A stretch of DNA of 39,306 nucleotides, from the NCBI GenBank assembly GCA_051294375.1, contig JBJCIZ010000384.1, positions 1-39,306 of the forward strand, in the 5' to 3' direction. Origin of the DNA: Paraspadella gotoi (Eukaryota; Animalia; Chaetognatha). The notes under the pieces are model-generated. The model did no database searches. It saw only the letters and a program-made list of their open reading frames with translations, and was not told the DNA's origin. Positions 1 through 12,026 of this stretch are shown here, in pieces. Each line of letters begins with the position of its first letter. Positions within the stretch are counted from its first letter, which is position 1. A program made the position numbers and the translations under genes.

Positions 1-1460
1 GTACGTAGTCGCTTTCGAAGATATTTTACACCGCTAAGTGTGATCTAATGGTCGCGATCAGTCGCTCGTTCAAAGCCAAATTAACTCGTGGTTGATCGTG
101 TCTCAGATATCACTTTCTAACAGTTGCATGGAAAAAATTTACCGAGCGCCATGCACTGTCACGACGACCAGGGGTTAGGGGAGGCCGCACGATCGAGATT
201 CGGACAGAGCCACTCTGACGGCGCGCGAAACTGCGCGAGCCTGCACCGAAAGAGAACGCGGCGTGCGTCCGAGATGTCCCAATCTCGGCCCGCGACATCT
301 AACATCCCTAACTGAATTGATGGTCGGAAGAATGCCTTCGACGTTTCCGTGCGTCTCTCCAGTTCATGAGGCCAGTGCGTGTTCGACGCCGACGGCACGT
401 GCCGCAATCAAAATGCGAAAACATCCAAAATTGCGCGAGGGGCCACTTTGCTCCCTGCAAGTCACACGGGATGCTTTTTTCAACCACTAATTGTTGAGAC
501 ATTTTGGCGTGGGAAAATAAATGCCCTGGCTGGAGTGCAAAACATTTCTGTCAACAGCCTATCCATAGCGCTTCAAAGGGAAACGCAATCTGCTCAAAAG
601 TCTGGAGCGACCGCGCCGTCCGCATTGAAGGTTTGGATGAAGCAAGGGGTTGTAACTGTTGCCTTTTCAATAATAAATATATTTTAAAAAATTTAAAATT
701 CGACTTTTCCAATAATTTTTAAACAAATAAACAACCTGAACTTCTGTTTTCGAATTCGAGCGTGTCATTGTGGCGCGTCGCGAACATTAATTTCACAATT
801 CAATTATTGACAATTGTTAATTCTTTCAGGTCTCGCGAACTCATAAAAAAAAATGTTGTCCATTTGTTTCCCATTCCAATGGAAAAAAAAAACAGGAAAT
901 GTATCGACTCTCTTTCAAATCTTCATTCGCCCCACGTGTATTTTTTTTTTTTATTTTCATTTCCGCCACCGCCGAGGTCGCCGTCGCGCCACGACTTGCT
1001 TAGAAAACGTGAAAACATTTGCGGGAAAAAGTGGAGGCACCCGCTGAAATAAACTTCCAACGCCTCTCTGCGCTCTCTTAATTTTCATGTTTTCTGTGAC
1101 GCGATGACCACCGAGAATACGAAACGAAAAAATCCATCAGAAATCGACGCTTGTCTAGTGTAATATGTGTACCATAATGGATAAAAAAAATTGTTAGGGC
1201 AACTGTTTAGCTATTATTTTACTATATATTTAATTTTATCGAGCCAGGCGGGCAAAGCCCGTCCTGGCTAGCATTTTCATGTCCGTTTAGCTTTCGGTCC
1301 ACAGTTTTGCAAATCAGGGCTTCTGAAAGTGTGATATCAGAAGGGAGTTGAAATTTCATATATGGCTTCTAATCATCAAGATCTTCTAAAATCTCATGTT
1401 CATTATTCAATATTCGTATTTGTTTAGTTATTACAAAACAAAACGTTTTAATTATATGTC

Positions 1461-1852
1461 GCTCTCTCTCTCTCTTTCTTTGTAAAATATATTGTCGCTC
1501 TCTCTCTCACTTTTTCTCCGCTCACTGCTTCTATCTGATTTGTCTAGAAAACGAGTTCCGGCTCTGCCCAGCGTCTGTCAAGCTTCTTTCTCTCTCTCTC
1601 TCTCTCTCTTTTTTTTTTTTTTTTTACAAAAAATTTCTAGGATATAATGTGGGCTCACTAATGTAAAAAAACGATGCGCCGAACAGGTACGAACGAGTCC
1701 TTGGCGTAAAGAAGAGCTCACGCTTACGTCCGGCGCCATAGGTACTGCTTGATTCTTTAACGAGTAAAGCGGCGCTGTAGAGCCTTCTCTCTCTTTTAAT
1801 ATTATATATCGCTCTTTCCTCTCTCTTTTTCCTGCCGCGGCTGTCTCTCTCG

Positions 1853-1895
<43 letters not shown>

Positions 1896-2122
1896 GTGTG
1901 TGCTGTCTCTCTCTGTCCAATCTCTTGCTGAATCGTTTGTTTTTTGAAAAATTCTGATTATTTTTTTCCTTCTAAAATCTTTTTATGATTGCCATTTATT
2001 CCGCCCCTTTTTTTCAATACAAAATCCCATATTTTCATCCAAGATTTTCGTGGATTTATTCTCTTTCTTTCTTTCTCTCTTTCTTTCTCTCTCTCTCTCT
2101 CTCTCCTCTTCTCTCTCTCTCT
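1461..2122. repeat. Cluster of (CT)n microsatellites
   Basis: Multiple CT tracts. Similar CT/AG tracts occur at 3359-3410, 5158-5213, 5429-5612 and 6165-6260. Confidence 0.95.
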
Positions 2123-2153
2123 TTCACTTCATACACGCATTTGTTTGTTTTAT

Positions 2154-2345
2154 TGACTATCATCGCATCAATGAATGACAATCATCGCATCAGTGAATGA
2201 CTATCATCGACAGCAGATTAATGACTATCATCGCATCAATAATTGATTATCATCGAATCGAATAATCAAGTTCTATTACATCAATAAATTACTATTACAT
2301 CAATCAGATTAGTATTACCTCAATCATTACTATTAACGATTACAA
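2154..2345 (+). repeat. About 22-bp minisatellite (TGACTATCATCGCATCAATGAA), decaying rightwards
   Basis: About 8 visible units. Confidence 0.85.
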
Positions 2346-3244
2346 ATAATTCGTTATCGCCAATGCATTAGAGCCAAACTTCGTCAAATGTGCGGCGGGG
2401 GGCGGCGCGCCGGCGCGGCGGGGGCGCGGGCCGCGCGCCGGGGGGGCTGGGTCATAAGTTTGATTTGGAAACCTTCTAAAATGAACTTCATACCATTTCT
2501 GAGAAAACTTTCAATGGAGCCAAAATTTTCTTAAAATGGCAAGAAGGCATTAGTAATTAATTTTTAATATTTATTTATAGATAGGGAAATGTCAAAATTT
2601 TTTTTGGAATTTATTTTTTAAAAGCAGATTCAAAAGCTTATGAAAAGTTATCTACGCAAAATATAATTCTTTTTTCAATATTTGATGATAAGTGGTTAAA
2701 AATTGAGAAAAACCTTAAAAATCCATTATTCATCATCATCATCCGATGATTTTAGCAGTTTTTATTAATTTTTTAATATAAACATGCAAATCTTACAAGT
2801 TGTAATTATATTTTTTGCTTAACTTTTTAAGCCTATCAGACATCAATTAAAAAAACTTAAAATATCAAAAAAAATTTTTTGACATTATATAGCAATAATA
2901 ATTAGATAGCGAATTACTCATGGTTTCGGAATATTTAAAAAAAAAATATTTAACACAGAATTAATACCATAATGGATTAGTTTTAATGCTGTTCCCATTA
3001 AAAATTTGAATTTGTCGGTAACTGCTAGATGATTATTCGCTTTTTTTTTCCCGGGTTTTTTCATTAATTTTCTTTGGATAGTGGGCTCTGGCTCGATCTG
3101 AGTCTTTTAAGATTTTTTTTAAAATATTTTTTAATTGAAATAGTATTATTGAAAAGTTATTTTCTAAGATTGATTAACGATTAAATTGTTATGCATCTTT
3201 CTTTTCGTTGTGTTTATAAATTAGGAAAAAACAGTTTTAATGGT

Positions 3245-3905
3245 AAACAACGATTTATTATTTGGATATAAGTCGGACAAGTTTCAAACTCTTTACTAGA
3301 GTCTTTCTTCAGCGATCTTAACATCAACAATCTTTCTCTCTCTTAACATTAAGCTTTGAGAGTGAGAGAAGAAGAGAGAGAGAGAGAGAGAGGAGAGAGA
3401 AGGAGGGAGATTCCACAAAATTAAGAAAGGACAGCTGGTCAGATGTGAGGAGCAGGTGAAGGAAGACAGGGAAGAAGATAAGATTGTTGAATAACTTGAA
3501 AGCGTGAAAAATGAGAGAGAGAGAGAGAGAAGCAACAGAGCAGAGAAAATAATTACATTTGGCAGTGTCTAGCGAAAATGGTTTCTTTTGTCAAGAAATG
3601 AAATGAATCTCCTGATTCTTTAAATAGAATCATGAATTTTAATTCTTTGGACTAAATCAAACAAAGAGTGCACAATCGATATAAACCATTCCTTTATAAA
3701 TTTGATACAGTAAAGTTAGTTTTAAGCAATTTTATTTCAAAAATCTTGTCCATTTCTTGTCCAATTCCAGTTTGGCACTTATTTTCAAGGTGAAGATAGA
3801 AAAGAAAAATTTTTTACTTCGCTTTTGGGTTTGCCTTCATGTTCTTTCTACTGGTAAAAGATTTTTGTTAATGATTCACCGTCTTGTCTGCCAATGAATT
3901 TTTTA
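3245..3905 (-). mobile_element. Penelope-like element 3' remnant (degenerate GIY-YIG region followed by pLTR)
   Basis: Minus-strand fragments FIG...KEHEGKPKSEV...LHLENKC, then a CT tract, a hammerhead motif and the AATAAATCGTTGTT motif shared by the other pLTR copies. Confidence 0.5.
3270..3319 (-). ncRNA. Minimal type I hammerhead ribozyme (Penelope pLTR), core intact
   Basis: AAG(A)TCG-CTGAAGA-A-AGACTCT agtaa AGAGTTT-GAAAC-TT-GTC-CGACTT: stem I, core, stem II, short stem III and GUC cleavage triplet. Confidence 0.7.
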
Positions 3906-4404
3906 AAAATGTTTAGTCAAAAAATGCATTTTTTCATTTCATTATTTTAAACTAACTGAACATTTATTTAAGATTAATTGAAACTAATGCAAAATATTCC
4001 CCACATGATAAGCTAATTAATATCTGTAATATAAAGAAATAAGCTTCATGCGTTTTCTGAAAAAAATTTTTTATAGATGTCTTTGAATTTGTGATTTTGT
4101 GATTGTAGATTTAATTTCGACTTAGATTTATTTGTGTTTTATAGTTTTAATTAGTTGGACTTTATTATTCTTGTTAAATCTTAAAAAACCGCATCATTTT
4201 CGTGCTATCTTAAAGCATCAGACAATTTTTTATATTAATCTTTTTTTTCCGAGTGGCACCAAGATTTTGCGAAAATTATTCCGCAAATCTGTCGACTTTA
4301 CTAAATCTGCTAAGCAAACCAATATTGAAAAAAAAATCGCGAGTTATCCGATTATTTGGAGCATAAACCAAAAAATAAATAATACAGAAAAAAAGAATAA
4401 AAGG

Positions 4405-4658
4405 ATAAAGAAAGAAAGAAAGAGAGGCAGATGTGGATAAGGCGCTACGCGGGCTGAAGATGACTGTCCGTAAGCTTCTATAACCACCTCTAGCAGCCAT
4501 GGAAACGCGGTCCCTGGACTTGGAACCAGGCTTGAGGTTTGCCATGCCCCCAGGCGGCTTACGGCCGTCTCACGTCTCCCGAGGGTAGGTACCGGGTTGG
4601 GATTGAACCCGGTACCTAGTGGTCATGAGCTGATGCTTTACTCAATGAGCCACCGGCG
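4405..4658 (-). mobile_element. tRNA-derived SINE
   Basis: Minus strand has an A box GGTGGCTCATTGAG, a B box GGTTCAATCC (4600-4609), a GC-rich body of about 170 nt and a (TCTT)n-like tail. Confidence 0.7.
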
Positions 4659-5083
4659 TTACAACTAGAAGTGTCATGATTCTAGGCGGGGTGAACCTAG
4701 GCAATGCCCGACTACAGAGAGAGACGTTGTGAAAAATTTTATTAAAATAAACAAGACAATAGACTATAAAAATAAAATGCAAAAAGTTAAAAAATAACAA
4801 CAACAACAAATACGTATTTACATTGCTGAAAAAGGTCAGCCATAACGAGAGCGATTCTGTTTGGATACGAACGGTCATTCTTACTGACCACTACGGGTCA
4901 CCAAGTACAAAGACTTCGTCGTCGTCTTCGTTATTATATTTATCGTCGTCGCGTCTTTGCTTCAAATCATTTAAGCTCCCAAAAACGCAATGAAATACCG
5001 GAGATGACTATTCAAATTATTATTTAGAGAAAAAAGTAGATTCGAGATTGTTTTCAACGAAGATAATTAGACAATTTGTTAGT

Positions 5084-5120
5084 CGGAATGTTTGACTCTT
5101 TATTAGAGTCTTCATCAGCG
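5084..5120 (-). ncRNA. Degenerate minimal hammerhead ribozyme (Penelope pLTR)
   Basis: CG-CTGATGA-A-GACTCT aataa AGAGTC-AAAC-ATTC-CG. The G of GAAAC is missing. Confidence 0.55.
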
Positions 5121-5156
5121 TTTGGACAATCAATAAGTTTTTCTTTAACATTAAGT

Positions 5157-5197
<41 letters not shown>

Positions 5198-5453
5198 GAG
5201 AGAGACAGAGAGAGTTCTAAAGGACGTGTTCGTCAAGTTACTCAATTTTTCGTTCACAACTTCGGTTTCATGTCGATTCGTTTATCAATTATTCATAACT
5301 TCGAAATACAAAAGACATTTTTCTACAGCGTTCTCGGGTTGTTAGTGTGCATCATTAAGGAAGTGAGTCAGGAGTGGTTCAATTTAAATGTTGGCCTATT
5401 GCTGCAAACGAATCGTATTTCTTATTTCTCCTCCCCCTTCTCCTCTTATTTCC

Positions 5454-5491
<38 letters not shown>

Positions 5492-5960
5492 GTCTCTCTC
5501 TCTCTCTCCTTTTCTCTTTTCTGTCGGCGTCCCGGACCCCAGGCGTATCCCCACCCCAGTTAGTTGAGGAGAGAGAGAGAAAGAAAAAGAAAGAAAGAAA
5601 GAGAGAAAGGAGAAGATTAGATTTAAATTTTAAAAAACATACGCTCCATTTCTTCTCAATTTTTTTAAACCAATAGTTGACTAGATTTCGTAACTCGATA
5701 GTTAAATAGATTTTTCAACTCAATTTAGTTCAAAACTCTGAAAGAACTTTTGTTCGTAGCGAATTTTGAAGTATAGAATAAGCAACAGTCGTTGTGGCTT
5801 AATGACAGAGAAAACTATTCCAAATCGATTTTAAAGTAAAGAATGACCCAAAGAATCAACAAGACACAAATAATATTAATTTTTACAGTTAGAATCAATT
5901 GTTAAAAAAGCTTCGTTAGACACTCTCATTTACAATGTATGTCAACAGAATAATAAATAA

Positions 5961-6196
5961 ACAAGTTTACAAACAATGTCGATCAGCCTACGAAATTAAT
6001 TAATTAATTAATTAATCGATTAATTAATTAATTTTAATAATTAATTATAATTTATATTCAGCTTGTCATCATCGATGTCCTAAAATTGAGTCAGGACAGT
6101 TATTAAATTTTGTTTACATTTTATCAAAACAAACAAATATCCTCTATTTTATTTTTTTTCTCCTTTTTCTCTCTCTCTCACTCTCTTCTCTTCTCT

Positions 6197-6260
<64 letters not shown>

Positions 6261-7376
6261 GCTCTTTATGCAATGCGGACGTCCTTATGCTTTTAAGATT
6301 TTTTTAACTTGCATCATTTTTTCAACTTGCATAATTTTTTCAACTTGCATTCCGTTCAAAACTTGTATATCTAGCTTCTTTCCACCGTCACAAAATTTCA
6401 TCTCAATCTATCATGGGTTAAAATAAATAAAAGAATTCAAGTAAATGTACTCATATTTTTTCATTTAAACTCATTTCCACTGGTACGTTCTCCACCGAAA
6501 CTTTATATCAAGCTTTGTCACATTTTCCTACCCACACACAAAATTTCAAACGTAATCTATCCATCACATTATGATTAATTAGAGTATTTATTCGTTAAAT
6601 AATAAAAAGATTTAGTAAATGCGACTTAGTTTTTTCCATTTAAACTAATTTCCACTCACACGATTCCATCAAAAACTTTATATCCAGCTTTATCAAGCAC
6701 ACTTTCCTAACCCACACACAAAATTTAATCACGAGTTATTGGAGCTTTTTGCTAAGGCTGTGGATGGACGGATTGATTGACTAATTAATTAATTATTGAT
6801 TAATTTTATTTACTAATTGATTAATAACTGATTAATTATTTGATCCTGCTATACTTTTAATATAAAAGAAAAAGAAACATAATCAATTAGTTAAACAGGT
6901 TTTTTGTTTTTTTCTCATTAAATCATTTCCACTCAAACTATTCCATCGAAACTTGATTCCTGTTCAATCACACACTTTACTACCACATACAAAATCCAGG
7001 TCAATCAGCCCAATCCACTCATTGAGCAATTGGTTTCAAATAGTGAATATATTTCTTTATTTTTTCTATTTAAACTCATTTCCACTCGACGATTCCATCG
7101 AAACATCATATCCAGCTCAATCACACACTTACCTATCCAAACACAAAATTTATTCAAATCCATCCATCCAATCACGAGTAATTGGACTTTTTTGCTAAGG
7201 TGGGACGGACGGACGGACGGACGCAGACAGATGACAGACGACATCATTTTTGTGCATAATTATCATAATTCGATGTTCTGACATGATATAAGTTAGTGCC
7301 GGACAATATTGAGGGGGCGACCGGATGGACCGACAAAGTGATAAGTGATAAGTGATAAGCAGATCCGGCTAAAAAC
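5961..7376 (-). mobile_element. DINE-1/HINE-like (Helentron-associated) non-autonomous element, copy A
   Basis: Subterminal IR GCCGGATCTGC after a T-run, (GTCY)n microsatellite at 7204-7240, reiterated GTGGAAATGAGTTTAAAT subrepeats, (TTAA)n tract and a family-type 3' end at about 5961-5994. Confidence 0.75.
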
Positions 7377-7799
7377 TTAATCTAAACTTGTAATAACAAA
7401 AGAAATTAATAATTTAGTTAACTATTAAGAATGAAATGTAAAAAAAATAAGTTGTTGGATAGATAAGTGAAATGTTAGTGAAAGTAAGATAAAGAAAAGA
7501 GCTCAAAAAAGACTGCCCCCCTCCTGCCGTTCAAATGGTAGACGGACGATGTGATCGTCATTCTTGTCATAGACTAGAAGTGTATTGTAGTAGGCTAGGG
7601 TATGATTCCCAAGGCCGTTCTAATATCCTTCTGGTCTGATAATCCAATAATAAAAATCGTTGTTGACCTTTAAAAACTGTTTTTTCCTAATGATAAATTT
7701 TAATTTATATCCAAAAAAGAATGGTATTAAAAATTATAAATCTTATCTTTGGATATATTAATAATATTAAAAGTTTAGATTGAAAGTTTGCAGGGACCT

Positions 7800-8640
7800 G
7801 TTACGTTATTATTTTGTAAATGTAATAAAGGCTTTAAATTATCAAAGATTATCCAAAGCTAAGGATAAAATAGCTTATTTATTAAATGAATAGATAATTT
7901 TATATTGGTTATATTAATTTTATTAAATTCAGCTTTTTATATTTTAATATTAGTGTGGATTTAATACTTAAGAGAGTATATAATTAAAATATTTTTAAAA
8001 ATATTATATTATTTTAATGATAGGGAAGCTAAATATATTGGGTATGAATAAATAAGATTATGAAAAAGTTTTTATAAAAAAATTTATAAAAAATATAAGA
8101 TTGTATTTTATTGTTTCGTGCAGACTGCAGTAGAGTTAAAAATTAAAAATAATTTGGGTGATCAAATAAGGATGTTTAAATATGAGATAGTATGATTAAC
8201 TATTATAAAAAAAAATTTCATATAATCTCAGGAACCGAATAGTAAAATCCAATATATTTGTAATAATATTTTTATAAAATAATAAATTTTAAAATTAATT
8301 TTTTTAAAACTTTTAATAATTATTTAGATTCCTTAAAAAAGTTAAATCAAAAATATAAAATATGTTATTAAAAATTCTGTGGTTTTTAGCATTTAAAAAA
8401 AACGTTAAAACGTTTGTTATTTTTTGTGGTTTAAATATTAAAATATTATATATTTTATAATTTTTGTTTTGTTTTTATGGTGAATCCTAATCTGTTCTTT
8501 AAAATAAAAAAAATATTTTAAAATTTATTATAATTTAATAAGTGCTGATGAAGGCTTGCACTAAAGCCAAAACATGTCCTACTTAATCGTTGTTTGTAAC
8601 AAAACGCAAACGCAACGAAAAGAAAGGATCAAACCATACA
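7800..8640 (+). mobile_element. Highly decayed Penelope-like GIY-YIG endonuclease region plus pLTR
   Basis: Fragments in the expected order: KAKDKI, RVY, NDREAKYIG, TAV, DQIRMFKYE, NYYKK, followed by a hammerhead motif and AATCGTTGTT. Confidence 0.45.
8539..8585 (+). ncRNA. Minimal type I hammerhead ribozyme with a G-to-A core mutation
   Basis: TAAGTG-CTGATGA-A-GGCTT gcacta AAGCC-AAAAC-AT-GTC-C(T)ACTTA, with palindromic stem III ACATGT. Confidence 0.65.
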
Positions 8641-9786
8641 GTTTTTAAATTCTATTTTGTGTAATCAGAGAAACGTTTAGATTACTATAAAAATATGGTA
8701 AAAAAGAGTAAAACGTTCTGACAAATTTAAAAAACGATAGATGGGTTTACGATATTTTTTTATTCCATAAACATGACACTACTACAAAAAATAAACAACT
8801 TTTAATCTAATTACCAAGTATTGAAACAAAACTATTATAGTTGAATTTTTTATTAAGGTTTAAAAACTTGTGTTTTTTCCATTTTTGAGCAATTTGGAAC
8901 GAATTAACTCAGTTTTGGGACATTAAATTTGGTAAAAAAATTATATATTTAGAATCCTTGAGTTGCCCTCTCTTCAATAATTCCCACTTTGAAAAAGTTT
9001 GCAGAATGCTTACTAAAATCATAATTTTTAATAATATTTAAAAAATATTAAAAATATTTAAAATTCATTCAAAATTAGGTTTGATGATATATTTTTTAAA
9101 GTTTGATGCTCTGTGTACCAAAAACTTAAAAAAAAGGATTACCTTTAGGTAAAAAATTAAAACAATTATAAAATGCAACAATAAGCAAATGAGTTTTTAA
9201 AAATGTTAAGAAAAATTTTTTGCATTAGGGTTATTTTAAGTACGTTTTAACTGATATAATAAAGAATAACATTATTTGCGAGAATATTTTTAGCAGGATT
9301 GATAATTAAATTTTGCCAAAAAGTTTTTTAAATTGACTACAATTCACATGTATTGCAGGACTACCCAAGGCCCACCTATTACTAAAATTTAAAACCATAA
9401 TATTCACAAATAAGGATTAGAGTGATGTGAAAATGATAAAACTTTTGAAAATTAAAATTTAGCATATAAAACATGAAAATAAAAACCAATAAAAATACTT
9501 TGATGAATTTATTTTTTAATTTTATACATTAGTGGCTACCAGTGAGCTATATTTATATATGGTAATAAGTATATTATAAGCTAAAATTTCAAAATGCAAA
9601 TTTTTAAATTTTAATCAGATTTGGATTCCTTGCAAAAAGTTAATATAAGAAAGTATAGTATATTTTTAAAAATTATTTCATTAAGTTGGTTAAAAATAGT
9701 TTTTTAAAATTTTAAACTACTTAATGACTAATTTTGAAAAAGATTTATATTTCTTTATCAACTTTTAACAAGAAATCTGAATCTGT

Positions 9787-10232
9787 TCTCAGAATTTGAA
9801 AAAAAATTTTTAAAATTTTGACATTATAATTTATAATTTTTGACTATATACAAAATAAAGCTGAAAAAAAATAATTAAGATTAATATTTACTAATATGAT
9901 AGTTTTCAAGATATATTTGCTAAATTTTGAAAATTCAAAACTTTCACTTCACCCTAATAAGGAAGTTATGCATGATTGAAAATATGACCGATCTAAAATA
10001 TCAGCACTGATATCTCAGAATTTGAAAATTTTTTTTTTTTAATTTTGACATTATATAAGGGTAGTACTATATACAAAATAAGCTGAAAAAAAATAATTAA
10101 AGATTAGTATTTACTAATATGATAGTTTTCAAGATATATTTGCTAAATTTTGATTCAAAACTTTCACTTCACCCTAATAAGGAAGTTATGCATCATTGAA
10201 AATATGACCGATCTAAAATATCAGCACTGATA
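9787..10232 (+). repeat. Tandem duplication of a unit of about 225 bp
   Basis: 9787-10011 and 10013-10232 are nearly identical (TCTCAGAATTTGAAAA...TATCAGCACTGATA). Confidence 0.9.
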
Positions 10233-10727
10233 AATATGGCAATATGGCTTATAAGCAGATGCCGACTCTATAATTCACTTTGATGGTCCGTCGGTCCGCC
10301 CCCTCAATATTGTCGGGCAACCACATATATCATGTCAGAATATCAAATTATAATTAATTATGTAAAAAAACGATGTCCGTCCGTCTGTCTGTCTGTCCGT
10401 CCGTCCCACCTTAGCAAAAAAGTCCAATTACTTGTGATTGGATGGATGGATTGGAATGAAATTTTGTGTGTGGGTAGGGAATTGTGTGATTGAACTGGAT
10501 GTGTAGTTTCGATGGAATCGTCGGAGTGGAAATGAGTTTAAATGGAAAAAAAAAAATATATTTCACTATTTAAACACAATTACTCATGAGTGGATGGGGC
10601 GATTGACCTGAAATTTTGTATGTGGGTAGGAAAGTGTGTGATTAAGCTGGTAATTAAGTTTTGATGAAATAGTGGAAATGAGTTTAAATGAAAAAAAACC
10701 AAAAAACCTATTTCACTAATTGATTAT

Positions 10728-11339
10728 TAAGGCGTAGTGAAAGTTACATACAAAAATTCTAAAAGTCAATTATGAACAACATACCATCAGTGAACATTAA
10801 TTTGTAAAAAAAATTAATTTTATGTTTTTTAATTTTCGCAGTAGGCTATATCTATATATAGTACTATCCTTATAAAATCAAAAAATTTCAAAATAAGCTT
10901 TTCTTAATTTTGATTGCAGATTTGAATTCCTCGTCAAAAGTTGATAAAAGAAAATATAAATCATTTTTAAAAATTCTTTCATTAAGTGGGTTAAAAATTA
11001 AAAAAACTATATTTAATATATAAAAAGTTAATTTTCAGCTTAAAATATAGCTTTTTCTAATTTTTGACCCACTTAATGAAGGAATATTTCAAAAAGAGTT
11101 ATATTTCTTTTTACCAACTTTTTATGACGAATCCAAATCTGCAAAAAAATCTTAGAAAAAACTGTTTTGAAATTTTAACATTTATTGGTTTTGTACTAGT
11201 ATAAATATGGCCTACTGCGTAAATTGTAAAATTTATTATGAATTTTTTGATTACATAAATGTTCATTAATATAATGTTGTTCGTTCCTCACTTTTAGAAT
11301 TTTAATTAAAGTTAAATTTAGAAATTTTACTACGCCTTA
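10728..11339. mobile_element. hAT-type MITE with long imperfect TIRs
   Basis: Ends TAAGGCGTAGTGAAA...TTTTACTACGCCTTA (YARNG terminus) with an 8-bp TSD TTGATTAT on both sides. Related pieces at about 24700-24990, 25630-25840 and 35870-36025. Confidence 0.75.
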
Positions 11340-11368
11340 TTGATTATGCTTATTTTTCTTTTTATATT

Positions 11369-11570
11369 GTGTTTTTTTCCTTTCTGTTTCGTTGTGATTT
11401 GATTTAGAACAAAGTTTGAAGAGAGATTTAACAACGATTTTTATTTCATAGTGAAACGGACATGTTTCGACTCACATACGAGTCTTCTTCGAGAAGACTC
11501 GTATGTGAGTCGAAACATGTCCGTTTCACTATGAAATAAAAATCGTTGTTAAATCTCTCTTCAAACTTTG
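11369..11570. mobile_element. Short Penelope pLTR insertion forming a perfect palindrome
   Basis: 13-bp flanking duplication TTCTTTTTATATT (11356-11368 and 11571-11583). Arms at 11406-11488 and 11492-11574 each carry hammerhead stem II plus GAAACATGTC. Confidence 0.75.
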
Positions 11571-11771
11571 TTCTTTTTATATTAAAAGTAAATGCAAGAT
11601 GTATTAATTAATCAAATAATTAATCAGTTAATTAATCAATTAGACAATTAATTAATCAATAATTAATTAATCAGTCAATTAATCAGTCAAAACAAACATT
11701 TTGGATGAAATTAATTAATTAATTGCCTAATTAATTAACTTGAATTAATTAATTACCGATAATGATCATGG

Positions 11772-12026
11772 TGTGGCAATATATTCACACCGCCTCACGT
11801 CCGTCATCCTTCAGCCAAATCCATTGGCTCAGAAGGGGAAAATACCATCCCAGGCGTAGTGTTCCATCCACAGTCCTAACGACTTCCCTCTGCGTTGGCA
11901 AAGCGAGACCGTCCTAGGGTAACCGCGCCAGTGACTGGAGGCGTCACTGAGGGTCGGAAGACCCTAAAGCCGACAGTGAGATGCCCCATCCCAAAGGGCA
12001 TCACAGGCAACCCGGTTGTTGCCATA
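11772..12026. mobile_element. Solo LTR
   Basis: Ends TGTGGCAA...TTGCCATA with a 4-bp TSD ATGG, and removing it restores the host HINE sequence. Related sequence at 17225-17440 and 20424-20665. Confidence 0.65.

Larger units (their letters stand above)
1235..3108 (+). mobile_element. Probable HINE/Helentron-like non-autonomous element (second family) with internal satellites and insertions
   Basis: 5' TTTT plus ATCGAGCCAG and a hairpin AGCCAGGCGGGC-AAA-GCCCGTCCTGGCT. The inverted CTGGCTCGAT followed by a short hairpin and TTTT occurs at about 3088-3107. Pairing of the two ends is inferred. Confidence 0.4.

Noticed and set aside
2390-2451. G-quadruplex or GC-rich regulatory element
   Set aside because: Irregular near-pure G/C run in an error-prone region, more likely low-quality read sequence. 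Cannot be supported without reads.
4590-4660. Functional tRNA gene
   Set aside because: A and B boxes are present, but the acceptor and anticodon stems do not pair, and it continues into a SINE body and tail.
1624-6307. Short Leu/Ser- or Arg/Glu-rich ORFs
   Set aside because: They are translations of (CT)n/(AG)n microsatellites.
7337-7359. Telomere-like repeat (AGTGATA)3
   Set aside because: Only three units, inside a HINE end, so best read as local slippage.
7680-8520. Possible mitochondrial insertion (NUMT)
   Set aside because: Very AT-rich, but I could not match any mitochondrial gene. Ordered GIY-YIG-like fragments and a downstream hammerhead fit a Penelope remnant better.
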